A DNA stretch of 64,000 nucleotides from positions 77,046-141,045 of IMG/VR virus record IMGVR_UViG_3300025769_012879. One strand, given 5' to 3'. The translations under genes were made by a program, and so were the position numbers. The notes beneath the pieces were generated by a model. The model was given only the letters and a program-made list of their open reading frames with translations, was not told where the DNA came from and searched no databases. Source of the stretch: a virus. Shown in pieces: positions 20,084 to 30,449 of the stretch (its first letter is position 1; every line of letters starts with the position of its first letter).

Positions 20084-20638
20084 ATGCCAAACAAAGCAAC
20101 ACCAATTCCACCATGGGCATCAGTTAAGATTGAACCAAAAAGAGAGTTTAAATTTATTCTAACTTTGGGTGAAATCCCAGCATGGGTTGTCACTGATTGT
20201 GATAGACCAAACCCAAATTTTGATGGACAAGTAAACCATGAGTTTTTAGGACATCAATTTAAGTTTCCTGGTAAATTAAAGTGGTCAGATATTAACATGA
20301 CACTTGTTGAACCAATTGATCCCGATGTATCTGGATTGGTGCTAGGTGCAGTTGAAAAGGCGGGTTATAACCCACCATCAACATGGACTGCCGACAATGA
20401 AGGTTGGAGAACTACCTTTTCTAAAGAAAGATTTGTAACTGGAAACTTTGGTAATATTTCAGTCAAGGTATTAGATTCTGATGGAAATGAGATTGAGACA
20501 TGGACTCTATACAATTCATTTGTCAATGGTGTTTCCTACTCTAGTCTAAATTACGGTGGTAGCGCAATCAACACAGTAAAATTGACATTTTCCTATGATT
20601 ATGCTACTTTGAATATTACAGAAATTAATCAAAATTAA
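20084..20638 (+). CDS. Tail tube protein (gp19-like)
   Basis: EPKREFKF, PGKLKW, ETWTLYN, FSYDYA. Confidence 0.88.
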   Translation: MPNKATPIPPWASVKIEPKREFKFILTLGEIPAWVVTDCDRPNPNFDGQVNHEFLGHQFKFPGKLKWSDINMTLVEPIDPDVSGLVLGAVEKAGYNPPSTWTADNEGWRTTFSKERFVTGNFGNISVKVLDSDGNEIETWTLYNSFVNGVSYSSLNYGGSAINTVKLTFSYDYATLNITEINQN

Positions 20639-20661
20639 TAGTGTGACATAATTATTGTAAG

Positions 20662-21219
20662 ATGTCAGACATAAATTATACACAAACTGTAAGATCTAGT
20701 TTACAATCTAATTTTAGATTTCTTTTGCGTATTGATAATATTCCCTTTGCTATGGTCTCTTCTGTTAGTAGACCAAAACCAAACATATCATCACCGAAAG
20801 AGTTCACACTATTAAACTGGAAATTTAAACAACCAGGGACTATTGTAACTTGGGACAATGTTACATTTAAAGTTGTTGAGAGTTTTGACAACGAAAAATT
20901 TGATTCAATATCTGGAATCCTTTTAAAAACATATAAAGAAAGAGGGTATGATAATCCAAACCAGATTGATGCTAGTAATTTAAAAGATATGAATAAAAAG
21001 TCATTAATAGATTCAATCGGAACTGTTAAAATAGAAGTGATAAATCCAGATGGAGAAGTTTACGAAACTTGGAAATTATATAATGCTTTTGTTAGCGGAA
21101 TTGATTTTGATGGACTCAATTATTCAGGAGCATCTATTTTGGGAGCATCGGTAACTTTAAGTTATGACTGGGCAGATTTAACATATAGAACATCCACTGG
21201 TAGAGAAATTACATACTAA
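20662..21219 (+). CDS. Second tail tube-like protein (gp19 paralog)
   Basis: FRFLL, QPGTIVTW, ETWKLYN, LSYDWA. Confidence 0.82.
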   Translation: MSDINYTQTVRSSLQSNFRFLLRIDNIPFAMVSSVSRPKPNISSPKEFTLLNWKFKQPGTIVTWDNVTFKVVESFDNEKFDSISGILLKTYKERGYDNPNQIDASNLKDMNKKSLIDSIGTVKIEVINPDGEVYETWKLYNAFVSGIDFDGLNYSGASILGASVTLSYDWADLTYRTSTGREITY

Positions 21220-21230
21220 AAGAGGTAAAA

Positions 21231-22022
21231 ATGCAAAAATTTGAACTTGAAGAGCAGTCTTCATTGTTGGAACACAATGGAGCAACTTTTTTTATTGATT
21301 TGCCAACAAAAGGTAAATTTTATTCAGAAGATCATCCTTTTCATAATAAAGAACAAATTGAACTTAAGATGATGACTACAAGGGAAGAGGAGATTCTAAC
21401 AAACCCTTCTTATATCGAAAATAATTTAACAATTGACAAACTCCTTCAGAGTGTGTTAAACATGCCTACAATAACGACTGCGGATCTTTTTGAGGTTGAT
21501 CAGTATGCAATACTGATTGGACTTAGAATCGACGCTTATGACGAAAACTACAAGGTTGTAGCAGCATGTTCTAACTGTGAGGAAGAGTATCCTTTCTCTA
21601 TTGATCTCGATGAGATGCGTGAAAAGGTTAATTACAGTGATCTGGAAGAAACACCGAACAATACTTTTGTTGTAAAGTTGCCAAAGAGTAATAGAACGGT
21701 AGAATTTAAATTAGTTTTGCCTAAAGAAATATTATCTGTGCAAAAAACAACAGAAAAACTTTCAAAGATGAACGTTAAAACAAACTTCACTCAAGAATTT
21801 TTAAAGAGAATCGTTGTGTCAGTTGATGGTGATACTGATTCAGCAGAAAAAGATAAATTTTTAAGGTTTTTGCGAATCATGGACTCTAGATTTTTGATGT
21901 CTGCATATGAAAAAGGTATCCCTGAACTTGATTTATCGGTTACAAGCACCTGCCCACACTGTAATCATCAGCAGGAAGGGGGTATGCCTATCCAGGCGAA
22001 CTTTTTTTTCCCTGAATTCTAG
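21231..22022 (+). CDS. Baseplate hub/tail assembly chaperone (gp26-like)
   Basis: LPTKGKFY, MTTREEEIL, two CxxC motifs, C-terminal NFFFPEF. Confidence 0.8.
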   Translation: MQKFELEEQSSLLEHNGATFFIDLPTKGKFYSEDHPFHNKEQIELKMMTTREEEILTNPSYIENNLTIDKLLQSVLNMPTITTADLFEVDQYAILIGLRIDAYDENYKVVAACSNCEEEYPFSIDLDEMREKVNYSDLEETPNNTFVVKLPKSNRTVEFKLVLPKEILSVQKTTEKLSKMNVKTNFTQEFLKRIVVSVDGDTDSAEKDKFLRFLRIMDSRFLMSAYEKGIPELDLSVTSTCPHCNHQQEGGMPIQANFFFPEF

Positions 22023-22173
22023 TTATATAGAAGATATATACAGCAATGTAACTGCTGCAATAACTCATACCGGATGGAGATACAAGGATCTGTTTAATTT
22101 ACCGATTAAAAAAAGAAACTGGATTTTTCATTTGATTGTAAAAGTGAACCAACCGAGCGAGGAAGATGAGTAA
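22003..22173 (+). CDS. Probable frameshift extension of the tail chaperone (G-T-like)
   Basis: The +1 frame is open across the T8 run at 22002-22009 (FFSLNSSYIEDIY...GWRYKDLFNLPIKKRNW). No RBS supports an independent start. Confidence 0.6.
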   Translation, partial: FFSLNSSYIEDIYSNVTAAITHTGWRYKDLFNLPIKKRNWIFHLIVKVNQPSEEDE

Positions 22174-23632
22174 AGATTTTATAACGCGATTTATTAATCC
22201 TGATGGTACATTTAGAACGGATGACTTTCTTAAAGCGTCCAGTAAATTAGGTGGTGATATAACGGAAGCGGTAACAAAGGCTACTGTGCTGCAAGCCGCC
22301 GCTGGTGTTTTTGAAGGTTCTCTTGCAGGGCAAAAACTATTATTTTTAGAACTAGTAGGTCAAATAGAAAAATTTCAAGTAGATGCGTTAAAGACTCTTG
22401 GTATAACTGACTTTAATAAAGAACTTGGACAATCAGTAGCATTGTTTCAAGATTTAAACAGTAATGTGAATAGGTTTGGTATTACTCAGGAAACGCTTAA
22501 AGATACTATTATTGAGACTACAAAAGCGTTTGATCAATCAGGAGAAGTTGGTAGCAAAGGAATAGAAAAACTTTCAAGAGCAATTGCAGCAAACTCTAAC
22601 ATAGTAGATAGATCTACATTAGTTGAATTTTCTAAAGGATTGGTTTTTCAATCAGGTCGTTCAGCAGAACAAGTTGCTGGATTATCAGATAATTTAATAA
22701 AACTTGCTGTAGATCTTCGAAGACCGCCTAGTGAAATTATTAAAATGACAACGGCGTTGGCATCAAATAATGCTACTTTTGCTACAACTAGTAAAGAAAT
22801 GGATAAGATCATAATAAGATCTACTAAAATGGCGCGCGCGCTAGGTATTGGGTCTGATGCTCTTAGAGGTTATGGCGCTAGAACGTTTACAATTCAATCA
22901 AGAATACGTGAACTTGGACAACTTGGTAGACTTGCAAGAAGATTGGGATTTGATATTAATGCGAGACTTATAGGTTCGACAAAAGCAGCAGATAGAATAC
23001 AGGGAGCGATTCAATTTCTATACAAATTAAATAGAGCAATGCAAACTGCGACAGAAGATCAAAAACAAGCAACTGCCGCGTACTTGGAGACAACGCAACT
23101 TGGTGCTATCGGTGGACAGGGAATCAGGGCGGCAATTATGGCAAGAAGACTTCTCAGTCCTGCTGAAATAGAGAAACTGGTCAAAGAACGTGCTGGTCGC
23201 GGTGCAAGACCAGGAGAAATAGATCGGTTAAGAAGAGGGGCAGTAACTACAGCAGATCGATTAAGAGTTCAAGCGGATCAAATACGACTTGCAGCAGCAA
23301 CGAAAGCGATCTCTGAGTTGACAGGAATTACGGGAACTACACAGGAGATTGTACAAACTCTCGGAAGAGACTTGCAGGTATACATACCACAGTTTGAAAA
23401 AGCAGCAAGAGCAATTAGTGAAGGAACAGGAAAATTTGCGGGAGTGATGGTTGAATTTGTTGGTTTGGTAGTTAGACTTGTAGCAAACAGGGGACAACTA
23501 GATAGCGCAGAAGCACAGCGTTTAATAAATAGATTGACACAAATACTCCCACAAGTACAGACAAAAATGGGTATGGGTGCTGGAGGTCGCACCGCAGCGC
23601 CAGCAGCGGCACCTGCACCCCGGACTCCTTAA
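22166..23632 (+). CDS. Putative tape measure protein
   Basis: Ala/Gly-rich helical protein following the chaperone genes. Confidence 0.6.
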   Translation: MSKDFITRFINPDGTFRTDDFLKASSKLGGDITEAVTKATVLQAAAGVFEGSLAGQKLLFLELVGQIEKFQVDALKTLGITDFNKELGQSVALFQDLNSNVNRFGITQETLKDTIIETTKAFDQSGEVGSKGIEKLSRAIAANSNIVDRSTLVEFSKGLVFQSGRSAEQVAGLSDNLIKLAVDLRRPPSEIIKMTTALASNNATFATTSKEMDKIIIRSTKMARALGIGSDALRGYGARTFTIQSRIRELGQLGRLARRLGFDINARLIGSTKAADRIQGAIQFLYKLNRAMQTATEDQKQATAAYLETTQLGAIGGQGIRAAIMARRLLSPAEIEKLVKERAGRGARPGEIDRLRRGAVTTADRLRVQADQIRLAAATKAISELTGITGTTQEIVQTLGRDLQVYIPQFEKAARAISEGTGKFAGVMVEFVGLVVRLVANRGQLDSAEAQRLINRLTQILPQVQTKMGMGAGGRTAAPAAAPAPRTP

Positions 23633-23679
23633 CTTTAGTCAGTCTCTGAAATAAAAACATTTAAAGACATAATTATAGT

Positions 23680-24513
23680 ATGGCAATATCAATAGGCAAC
23701 ACTTATATAAATGGTTTAATAGATGCTGCGGTCGGACCACTTGACAGTATTTTTACTTCACATGCGAGTGATCCCACATTAAAGACAGCACTTCCCGCAG
23801 AAACAGAAATAAGAAATAAGTTGAGTTTTGCCAACATTTATATTTCTTTTCCAACTAAAGGTGGCAACATACCATTTTTAAATTTTTTGCCCTCAAACAT
23901 TTTAGTTTTTCCAGCGTACTTGTCTTCTTTTTCTGACAAGTTCCAAGTAGACGCTTCTGGTCAAAAGTATTATGGTAGGACTGATCCAACACCAAATTAT
24001 AAAGGTGTTACAAGAAATATTTCTGTTGGACTATCAATTCCATGCTTTAACTCTAAAGATGCAAACGAGAACATGAAAAAGATTAACGCATTTGTTCAGA
24101 ATCTATATCCAACATATAATTCTTTTAAAGGTGATTTGATAATGGGTTCGCCACCTCTTGTGAGAGTAAAATTTGGTAACTTAATAACAAATCAAGCAAA
24201 AGGTTATGGTGGACTTTTAGGATATATAACCAGTTTTGATTATAGTTTTGATGTTAATGATGGTTTTTATTTTTCAAATGACGGATCAAACTCAACAAAT
24301 TTGTTTTTTAAATCTTATAATTTAACTTTCACTTTTACAGTTCTACACGAAGGTGTCGTTGGAAACATAAACGGAAAAGAGTCTATAAACCGTCCTTTCC
24401 CTTATCAGACAAATACAAGCAGATTCAATCCTGCACAAATTTTGGGAGGGTCTGGGGCAACCGCACCAATATCTCAAGATATAGCACAGCAATCACAACT
24501 GGGGGAGAACTAA
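23680..24513 (+). CDS. Baseplate/tube initiator protein (gp48/54-like)
   Basis: YGRTDP..Y..TRNI, PPLVRVKFG. Confidence 0.65.
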   Translation: MAISIGNTYINGLIDAAVGPLDSIFTSHASDPTLKTALPAETEIRNKLSFANIYISFPTKGGNIPFLNFLPSNILVFPAYLSSFSDKFQVDASGQKYYGRTDPTPNYKGVTRNISVGLSIPCFNSKDANENMKKINAFVQNLYPTYNSFKGDLIMGSPPLVRVKFGNLITNQAKGYGGLLGYITSFDYSFDVNDGFYFSNDGSNSTNLFFKSYNLTFTFTVLHEGVVGNINGKESINRPFPYQTNTSRFNPAQILGGSGATAPISQDIAQQSQLGEN

Positions 24514-24514
24514 T

Positions 24515-24865
24515 ATGACATCTAGGTATTCAAAAACTCGACCCCAAGAATTAAATGACTTGCAATATAAACAAGTTTATCCTGAGAAGTTTGAAAATTA
24601 TCGAAAAAGTTATTTGTTAAAAAAAGAAACACTAAACATAAATTATCCTACATTTAATGATGTGCTTGGGTTTGATTATGAGATTCATGTTTGGGGGGTT
24701 GGTGATCGCTATTACAAACTCGCCTCTAGATATTATGGCGATCCTACATATTGGTGGGTGATCGCGTGGTTTAATAAAAAACCAACAGAAAGTCACATTG
24801 AAGTTGGAGATTTTATAAGAGTGCCCCTTCCTTTAAATCAAGTTTTAGTTACTTTGGGGTATTAA
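24515..24865 (+). CDS. LysM-like baseplate wedge protein (gp53-like)
   Basis: GDRYYKLASRYYGDPTYWWVIA. Confidence 0.8.
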   Translation: MTSRYSKTRPQELNDLQYKQVYPEKFENYRKSYLLKKETLNINYPTFNDVLGFDYEIHVWGVGDRYYKLASRYYGDPTYWWVIAWFNKKPTESHIEVGDFIRVPLPLNQVLVTLGY

Positions 24866-27574
24866 ATGTCATACTTCTTTCCTTTAAATACAAAAAGCAA
24901 AGTCAAACCTGCTTCAATTTTAGAGTCTTTTCTTTATCAGATTTTATTGCCAGATATTTCAAACACAAAAAATCGCAGCAAAGCGTTCAAATTTTTAAAG
25001 AATGAAGATCGATTAGAGGAATTATTTAAAAAAAATAATGGATTAATTCAACTTAGTCCAAGTTTTGGTTGTGATTTTGAATCTAGTGTTAAAAACACAT
25101 CAAAAGAAGGTAAAAAAGAGCACTTGGAGTTTATACAAAATTTGTCCCCTGAAAAGTTGGCAGTTATGACACCATTCATAAGAATGTATATTGTTCCAAA
25201 AAAGTTTTTAAACAATCCTAAAGATTTTAAATCAAACCTTATACCAATTTCTTTTTCTAAAGAATTTGACACTGACTTTTATTTAAAAAGACAACGTGGG
25301 TTGGGCAACGCTTTGGCAACTGCAATCCCAGGGCAGGGTCAAGATACAGTATCAACAAGTCGCGGCGAAACTGCTGCGATCTTAGATCTTTCATTGTCAA
25401 GAAACTACAATACTGTTGGTGCTCAGGACTTTTACAATGTAAACGTAAAATTTTATTTTTCATCTTTTAATGTTTTTGCCTATAAACCAGCAGTTGAAAA
25501 GCAGTTTTTAACTGGTTTTGGTTATGGTGGCGATACTGTGGCAGCATTAGGTGCCTCTAATGTAAGGTATAGTAAATTAATTGAACAAAATAATAATGAT
25601 TTTCAGTTGGTATTACACTATGGATACACAGTTGATAGAACTGTATCTGAGTCCATATTTCCTTTTTCAGAGAGATCTATTATTGAAAATTTTGAACAAA
25701 GATATGTTGCGATAAAACCGTACCAGAATGATATATCTTTTGACGAGTTCGGAGGCGTTACTTTAAATGTGACATACTCACCAGAAATAGATAACATTTT
25801 ACTAGACACAATAAAATTTCCAACAAAAATATTTGAGAACAAAGAAGTTTTTAATATTGTTCAAAAGGATATGTCTCCTTTGGAAATAAATCTTTCAAAT
25901 CAACTAGAGCAAGCACAAAAAGAATTAAAAGTTGCAAATAAAAATCAGGTTGCTAGAAAAAAACTAACAAGCAAAGTTAGAAGTTTGAAAACAAAAATCG
26001 CTGCATATCCTGCATTTAGATATGCACAGTTGTTAGGAGACCTCTTAAATAAAGAAAAAAGTGTTTATGATTTATCCGTATCAGGAAATAAATCAGGAAA
26101 AGGTATAGACTCTAAATATACTTTTAATGTAACATTGAAAGATGGTGATAAGAAAACTGAAATTTTAAGAGAAACTTATACCTTGAAAAAAATAAAAAAG
26201 CAAGTTGAAAAAATTAAACTAGAAAGAAAGGATGAAAAGGATTTATTAATTTTAAAAGATGATAAGTTCTTAGAACTCACAGTTTCAAGAATGTTGCCAA
26301 GCATGACAACAAGTTCTATAAAGTTTGTTTTTTTAAGAGATTTAATTTCAGCAGTTGTAAAAATATCGAATGTTGATAAAAATATGCCTCCCATAATTTT
26401 TGATAACTTTCCAATGATATTACCAGATGGTAAAAGATATTGGTGTAATATGGGCGATATCCCAATTAGATTTAAGAGAATCAAAGGCATACTACAAACC
26501 TTTTTAGTGCAAAGTCCTGGTGGAGATTTGCGCGATTTCTTAAAATATATTTTTTCCGTTGTTGTGCCCAACACAATTGTTGAGGAAGAGCAAAAAAAGT
26601 TCTTACCACAGTTCTCTTTCAACTATGTCAATTTTGATATTTCATCTTGGAAATCAGATAATAAAAATGGTAAAAAAGCAAAAGAACTTTTTCTTGATGG
26701 CGATAAGGGAGACTTGATTGATTTTGCTAAAGATTATTTAGATAGTTCAGATGCTGGTGCATCTAAGCATTGCATATATGTTGGAGTGAACCCTGACATT
26801 ACTCAACAAGATACGTCTCTTTCTCTTGGTACCGAATTGCCAATAGACTCTGACCTTTTTAAAAATGATGACAAATTATTAAAAGCGGGCGTGGTAAAGA
26901 CAATCATAGGCAACCCTAGAGGCGTTGTTCAACAAATAAACTTTTCTGGAGAAAGTTCAGAAATGTTTACCAACTTCCTTTATGCGTATAGAGGTTCAGA
27001 CAAGTCCTCTTTCAACGCAAGTTCAATTTCTAACTACAACTGCACTGTGCAAATGTATGGAAATTTTGCTCTGGACTTTCCAGGTCGCTTTTATATTCCC
27101 GCTGCTTCTATCGGATATAGTCCAGATTATAAAGATGGAGAAAGGGATAGGTTGTTAGGAAATGATTTTGAAATTGGTGGAATTTATACCATACAAACAA
27201 AAACAGATACTTTAAGTTTGACAAATATGACTTATTCTTCTACAGTTAGTGGGTTTCAACATCTCAGAGAATCAGAGAGATCAAAAAGAGAAATAAAAGA
27301 AAAAGTAGATTCAAACGAAAAGCAAAAAATAATACCAACAAATAGTCCAAAAATCACAATAAGCGATTATCTTTATGAGCAGAGTGGGGAATATGAACAG
27401 ATATATGTCAAGAAGTCAAGAGCACCAGTTCCATCTGCAACCCCAAGAGTAAAATCTGCTGCTGATGTGGGTGTAACACTACCTGGGTCAACTCCAGCAC
27501 CAACCCCTGCACCACCACCGGGTGGATTGTTTGGTCGTCAAGCAGGTGGATTTAAACAGTTTCCAGAGGGATAG
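24866..27574 (+). CDS. Large putative baseplate hub protein
   Basis: 902 aa; synteny; C-terminal MYGN...PG...IGGIY resembles hub proteins. Confidence 0.5.
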   Translation: MSYFFPLNTKSKVKPASILESFLYQILLPDISNTKNRSKAFKFLKNEDRLEELFKKNNGLIQLSPSFGCDFESSVKNTSKEGKKEHLEFIQNLSPEKLAVMTPFIRMYIVPKKFLNNPKDFKSNLIPISFSKEFDTDFYLKRQRGLGNALATAIPGQGQDTVSTSRGETAAILDLSLSRNYNTVGAQDFYNVNVKFYFSSFNVFAYKPAVEKQFLTGFGYGGDTVAALGASNVRYSKLIEQNNNDFQLVLHYGYTVDRTVSESIFPFSERSIIENFEQRYVAIKPYQNDISFDEFGGVTLNVTYSPEIDNILLDTIKFPTKIFENKEVFNIVQKDMSPLEINLSNQLEQAQKELKVANKNQVARKKLTSKVRSLKTKIAAYPAFRYAQLLGDLLNKEKSVYDLSVSGNKSGKGIDSKYTFNVTLKDGDKKTEILRETYTLKKIKKQVEKIKLERKDEKDLLILKDDKFLELTVSRMLPSMTTSSIKFVFLRDLISAVVKISNVDKNMPPIIFDNFPMILPDGKRYWCNMGDIPIRFKRIKGILQTFLVQSPGGDLRDFLKYIFSVVVPNTIVEEEQKKFLPQFSFNYVNFDISSWKSDNKNGKKAKELFLDGDKGDLIDFAKDYLDSSDAGASKHCIYVGVNPDITQQDTSLSLGTELPIDSDLFKNDDKLLKAGVVKTIIGNPRGVVQQINFSGESSEMFTNFLYAYRGSDKSSFNASSISNYNCTVQMYGNFALDFPGRFYIPAASIGYSPDYKDGERDRLLGNDFEIGGIYTIQTKTDTLSLTNMTYSSTVSGFQHLRESERSKREIKEKVDSNEKQKIIPTNSPKITISDYLYEQSGEYEQIYVKKSRAPVPSATPRVKSAADVGVTLPGSTPAPTPAPPPGGLFGRQAGGFKQFPEG

Positions 27575-27580
27575 AATGCG

Positions 27581-29254
27581 ATGAAAATTAATGTTCAAAA
27601 AATAATATCCTACACAGAACCTTCAGAAGTTAATGAAGAGAATACTAAATTAGATATTGAATCTGTAGAACCTGGGTCTGAGACTGCACCATTGTATGAA
27701 TATAAAAGTGAATACAAGAAGCAAGTCAATGAACAAAATTATCCTGTTGGGGTTACCAAAAAGTTTAACCAAAAGAAACTTAATTTAAATTTCAACTTTT
27801 TTAAAACAAAAGAAGCAGCAATTAAATATCTGGATGGACTTGATGAATATGCTGGATATAAAATTATTTATGTCAAAGGTCCTATGCCAATTGACGCCAG
27901 CAACCCTGATAGCACTAAAGTTTGGAAATTTAAAATTGAATATCCAATTAACCCACCATTAAATCTATACAATGGGATAGACCTTCTTTATAAAGATCTT
28001 TTTTATGGAAAATTAAATAACAAAAACAATGTTATAAAATTTAAAAATGATGAAAAATTATTAAAGCAGTTTAATGGGACATCTTTCAAGGCAATAAACT
28101 TTGTTCATGACGCTGCCGTAGAACTTTTAAAGCAGTATAACCAACAAAGAAAAACTCATCCAAAAAGTATATTAAACAATATACAAATAACTAAAGCATA
28201 TACAAAAAGTATAGATTATAAGAATTATTTAAAAATATTAAATCAACAGTTTTTCAATGAAGTTTTAAATCCAATTAAAAATACAAAAAAGATTTCAAAT
28301 TTTGATAATTTTTTACTTTTATTTCACCAATGGATGAAAACAAAGGGAGGACCTGTAACAGAGTCTTCCTTTTATAAAAGTTTTTATAACAACATTTATG
28401 CTACTGGATTAGCATTTGATGTTTATGAAATTACTAGCGAAGAGGAAAAAGAACAGATATTAAATGATCCAAGATATTCAACTTTATATTATCTTGCAAA
28501 AATGAATGGGTTTAGAATTGATCCAAACTATCCAACGAGACTCGTAGCAGATATAAAATCAGAAAAGATGTTGGACTTATATGCAAAAAAATATTTTGAA
28601 GAACAAGATATAGAAAAAATACCACCTTTAATATATAAAAATTATTTTGACTTGGTTGAATTCTCTTTTTCCTCTAAAGATTCAATTTCTTTATTCTTAT
28701 TAAATTTAATAAACTTTTACAATAACTTTGTTGACAAATATTTGTACTCGATAGATTTTACAGCATCTGCTGATATAAGTCAAAACTATAAAAAGAAGTT
28801 TGCAACCAATAAAGTATTAAGAAGAAAATTTGATGCCAACGATTTGGTGGTTGAAAGGGTTGATGGTAATTTTACTTTAAATAAAAAATATTTGAAGACT
28901 TATGTTGATTTTAGATTATATGAAGAATCAATAAATTTACCACAAAAACAATATGAACATTTAATTGATAAAATGATGACTTTGATAAGTGTGTTTGATT
29001 CAAAAAGTTTTATAAGCACAACTAATTTTTCTGAGAAACTTTTAACTTCAGTGCAGGCAATAAATTATTTAGAGAATTTTATTAATAGTAAAAAGAATCC
29101 AGACTCTGACAAGGTTGATTTTGCTTATGTTTTTGGTTTAGCGAAAGAAAAACTCTTGACATCTGGTGAGGACTTTAGTAATCTTGTACAGCAAGACGAA
29201 GAAGGGAACATATTCTCTGTTTCGCCGGTTGATATTAGCACAGACTTTTCTTAA
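27581..29254 (+). CDS. Hypothetical protein (end of tail module)
   Basis: 557-aa ORF with GFRIDPNYPTRLVAD. Confidence 0.6.
   Translation: MKINVQKIISYTEPSEVNEENTKLDIESVEPGSETAPLYEYKSEYKKQVNEQNYPVGVTKKFNQKKLNLNFNFFKTKEAAIKYLDGLDEYAGYKIIYVKGPMPIDASNPDSTKVWKFKIEYPINPPLNLYNGIDLLYKDLFYGKLNNKNNVIKFKNDEKLLKQFNGTSFKAINFVHDAAVELLKQYNQQRKTHPKSILNNIQITKAYTKSIDYKNYLKILNQQFFNEVLNPIKNTKKISNFDNFLLLFHQWMKTKGGPVTESSFYKSFYNNIYATGLAFDVYEITSEEEKEQILNDPRYSTLYYLAKMNGFRIDPNYPTRLVADIKSEKMLDLYAKKYFEEQDIEKIPPLIYKNYFDLVEFSFSSKDSISLFLLNLINFYNNFVDKYLYSIDFTASADISQNYKKKFATNKVLRRKFDANDLVVERVDGNFTLNKKYLKTYVDFRLYEESINLPQKQYEHLIDKMMTLISVFDSKSFISTTNFSEKLLTSVQAINYLENFINSKKNPDSDKVDFAYVFGLAKEKLLTSGEDFSNLVQQDEEGNIFSVSPVDISTDFS
29156..29184 (+). 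promoter_or_regulatory. sigma70-type promoter for polA/tubulin
   Basis: TTGACA-N17-TAATCT. Confidence 0.7.
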
Positions 29255-29261
29255 GGACTAA

Positions 29262-30449
29262 ATGTTTTTCTCAAAAATTGATTCAAAAAATAACTGCAAG
29301 AGCATCTATGCAGATGATAAAGTATTCTCAGATTATGACGAGGATATGAAGTATACTTGGACTTATCAAGAAGATCTACCACAGGACGTTAAGTTTGTAA
29401 AACTGTTCTGCGGTGGTAAAGATTACTTGGAACTGCTCCCAAAGCGTGATGCAGATGAATACAAATCACTTGAGAACAAGATTAAGAACACTCTCAAGTC
29501 ATACAGTGTGTGTGGGTATGACCCTCGTGGATATTGTTTGGATGAGTTGGTGGGCAAGACCTTCATTGAAGATTTTTTCAATCTCAAGAATAAAGCGATG
29601 GAACTTGCAGTAAAGAACTTCCCAGAACCAAAGAATTATGCTCAGTTGGAAAAGATTGAGCGTTTAGTTCATTCTATTTCAAAACGTCAGTTGAACTTAG
29701 ACCTTACCAACGTTTATACGGCAGCGAACGACAACCGTATCAAGAAGATCATCAAGAGGTACTCAAGTAGTCCCGCCTTTATCCACTACAACACCTTCGG
29801 GACCGTTACGGGGCGGTTATCTACTACCCCCTCTTCATTTCCCATCCTTACCTTAAACAAAGAATATCGCACTATGATTACACCAAATAATGGTGTTTTT
29901 GTCGAGTTCGATTATAATGCCTTTGAATTACGTGTTCTAACCGCCCTGCTTGGGCGTGAGCAACCGAAAGGGGATATCCACGACTGGAACATCAAGAATA
30001 TCTTTAAGGACGGTACAAGTCGTTCTGAGGCGAAACAGAGGATTTTTGCTTGGTTATATAATCCCAACTCCAACGACAAACTTTTATCTGAGAAGTACGA
30101 CCGGGAGGGTCTGTTGAAAAAATATTTTTCTGATGGTAAGATTGTGACCGACTTTGACCGTGAGATTGAGGCAGATGATTATCATGCACTTAACTATCTA
30201 ATCCAAAGTACGGCATCTGACTTGTTTTTGGAGCAGGTATATAAGGTATTCAAAATTTTAGAAGACAATAACGCTAAATCTTATGTATCGATGCTTATTC
30301 ATGATAGTATGATCTTAGATTTTGATAGAATGGATTACAAATTGCTGAATCAAATCAAGGATGCTTTCAAGCAGACAAGATATGGTGACTTCAAACTAAA
30401 TATTCAGGTCGGAAGGACATTAGGAGATCTAAGCGCAGAATGGAAGTAA
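29262..30449 (+). CDS. Minimal family A DNA polymerase
   Basis: TGRLS, motif A FDYNAFELR, motif B RSEAKQRIFAWLY, NYLIQSTA, motif C IHDS. Confidence 0.88.
   Translation: MFFSKIDSKNNCKSIYADDKVFSDYDEDMKYTWTYQEDLPQDVKFVKLFCGGKDYLELLPKRDADEYKSLENKIKNTLKSYSVCGYDPRGYCLDELVGKTFIEDFFNLKNKAMELAVKNFPEPKNYAQLEKIERLVHSISKRQLNLDLTNVYTAANDNRIKKIIKRYSSSPAFIHYNTFGTVTGRLSTTPSSFPILTLNKEYRTMITPNNGVFVEFDYNAFELRVLTALLGREQPKGDIHDWNIKNIFKDGTSRSEAKQRIFAWLYNPNSNDKLLSEKYDREGLLKKYFSDGKIVTDFDREIEADDYHALNYLIQSTASDLFLEQVYKVFKILEDNNAKSYVSMLIHDSMILDFDRMDYKLLNQIKDAFKQTRYGDFKLNIQVGRTLGDLSAEWK

Noticed and set aside
21907-22002. Independent ATG start for the 88-aa ORF
   Set aside because: It lies deep inside the chaperone gene with no SD; frameshift entry at the T8 run is more plausible.
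27572-27583. In-frame TAG between the 902-aa and 557-aa ORFs suggesting amber recoding
   Set aside because: Other TAG stops end conserved genes at the expected places, core genes are not fragmented, and no suppressor tRNA was seen.
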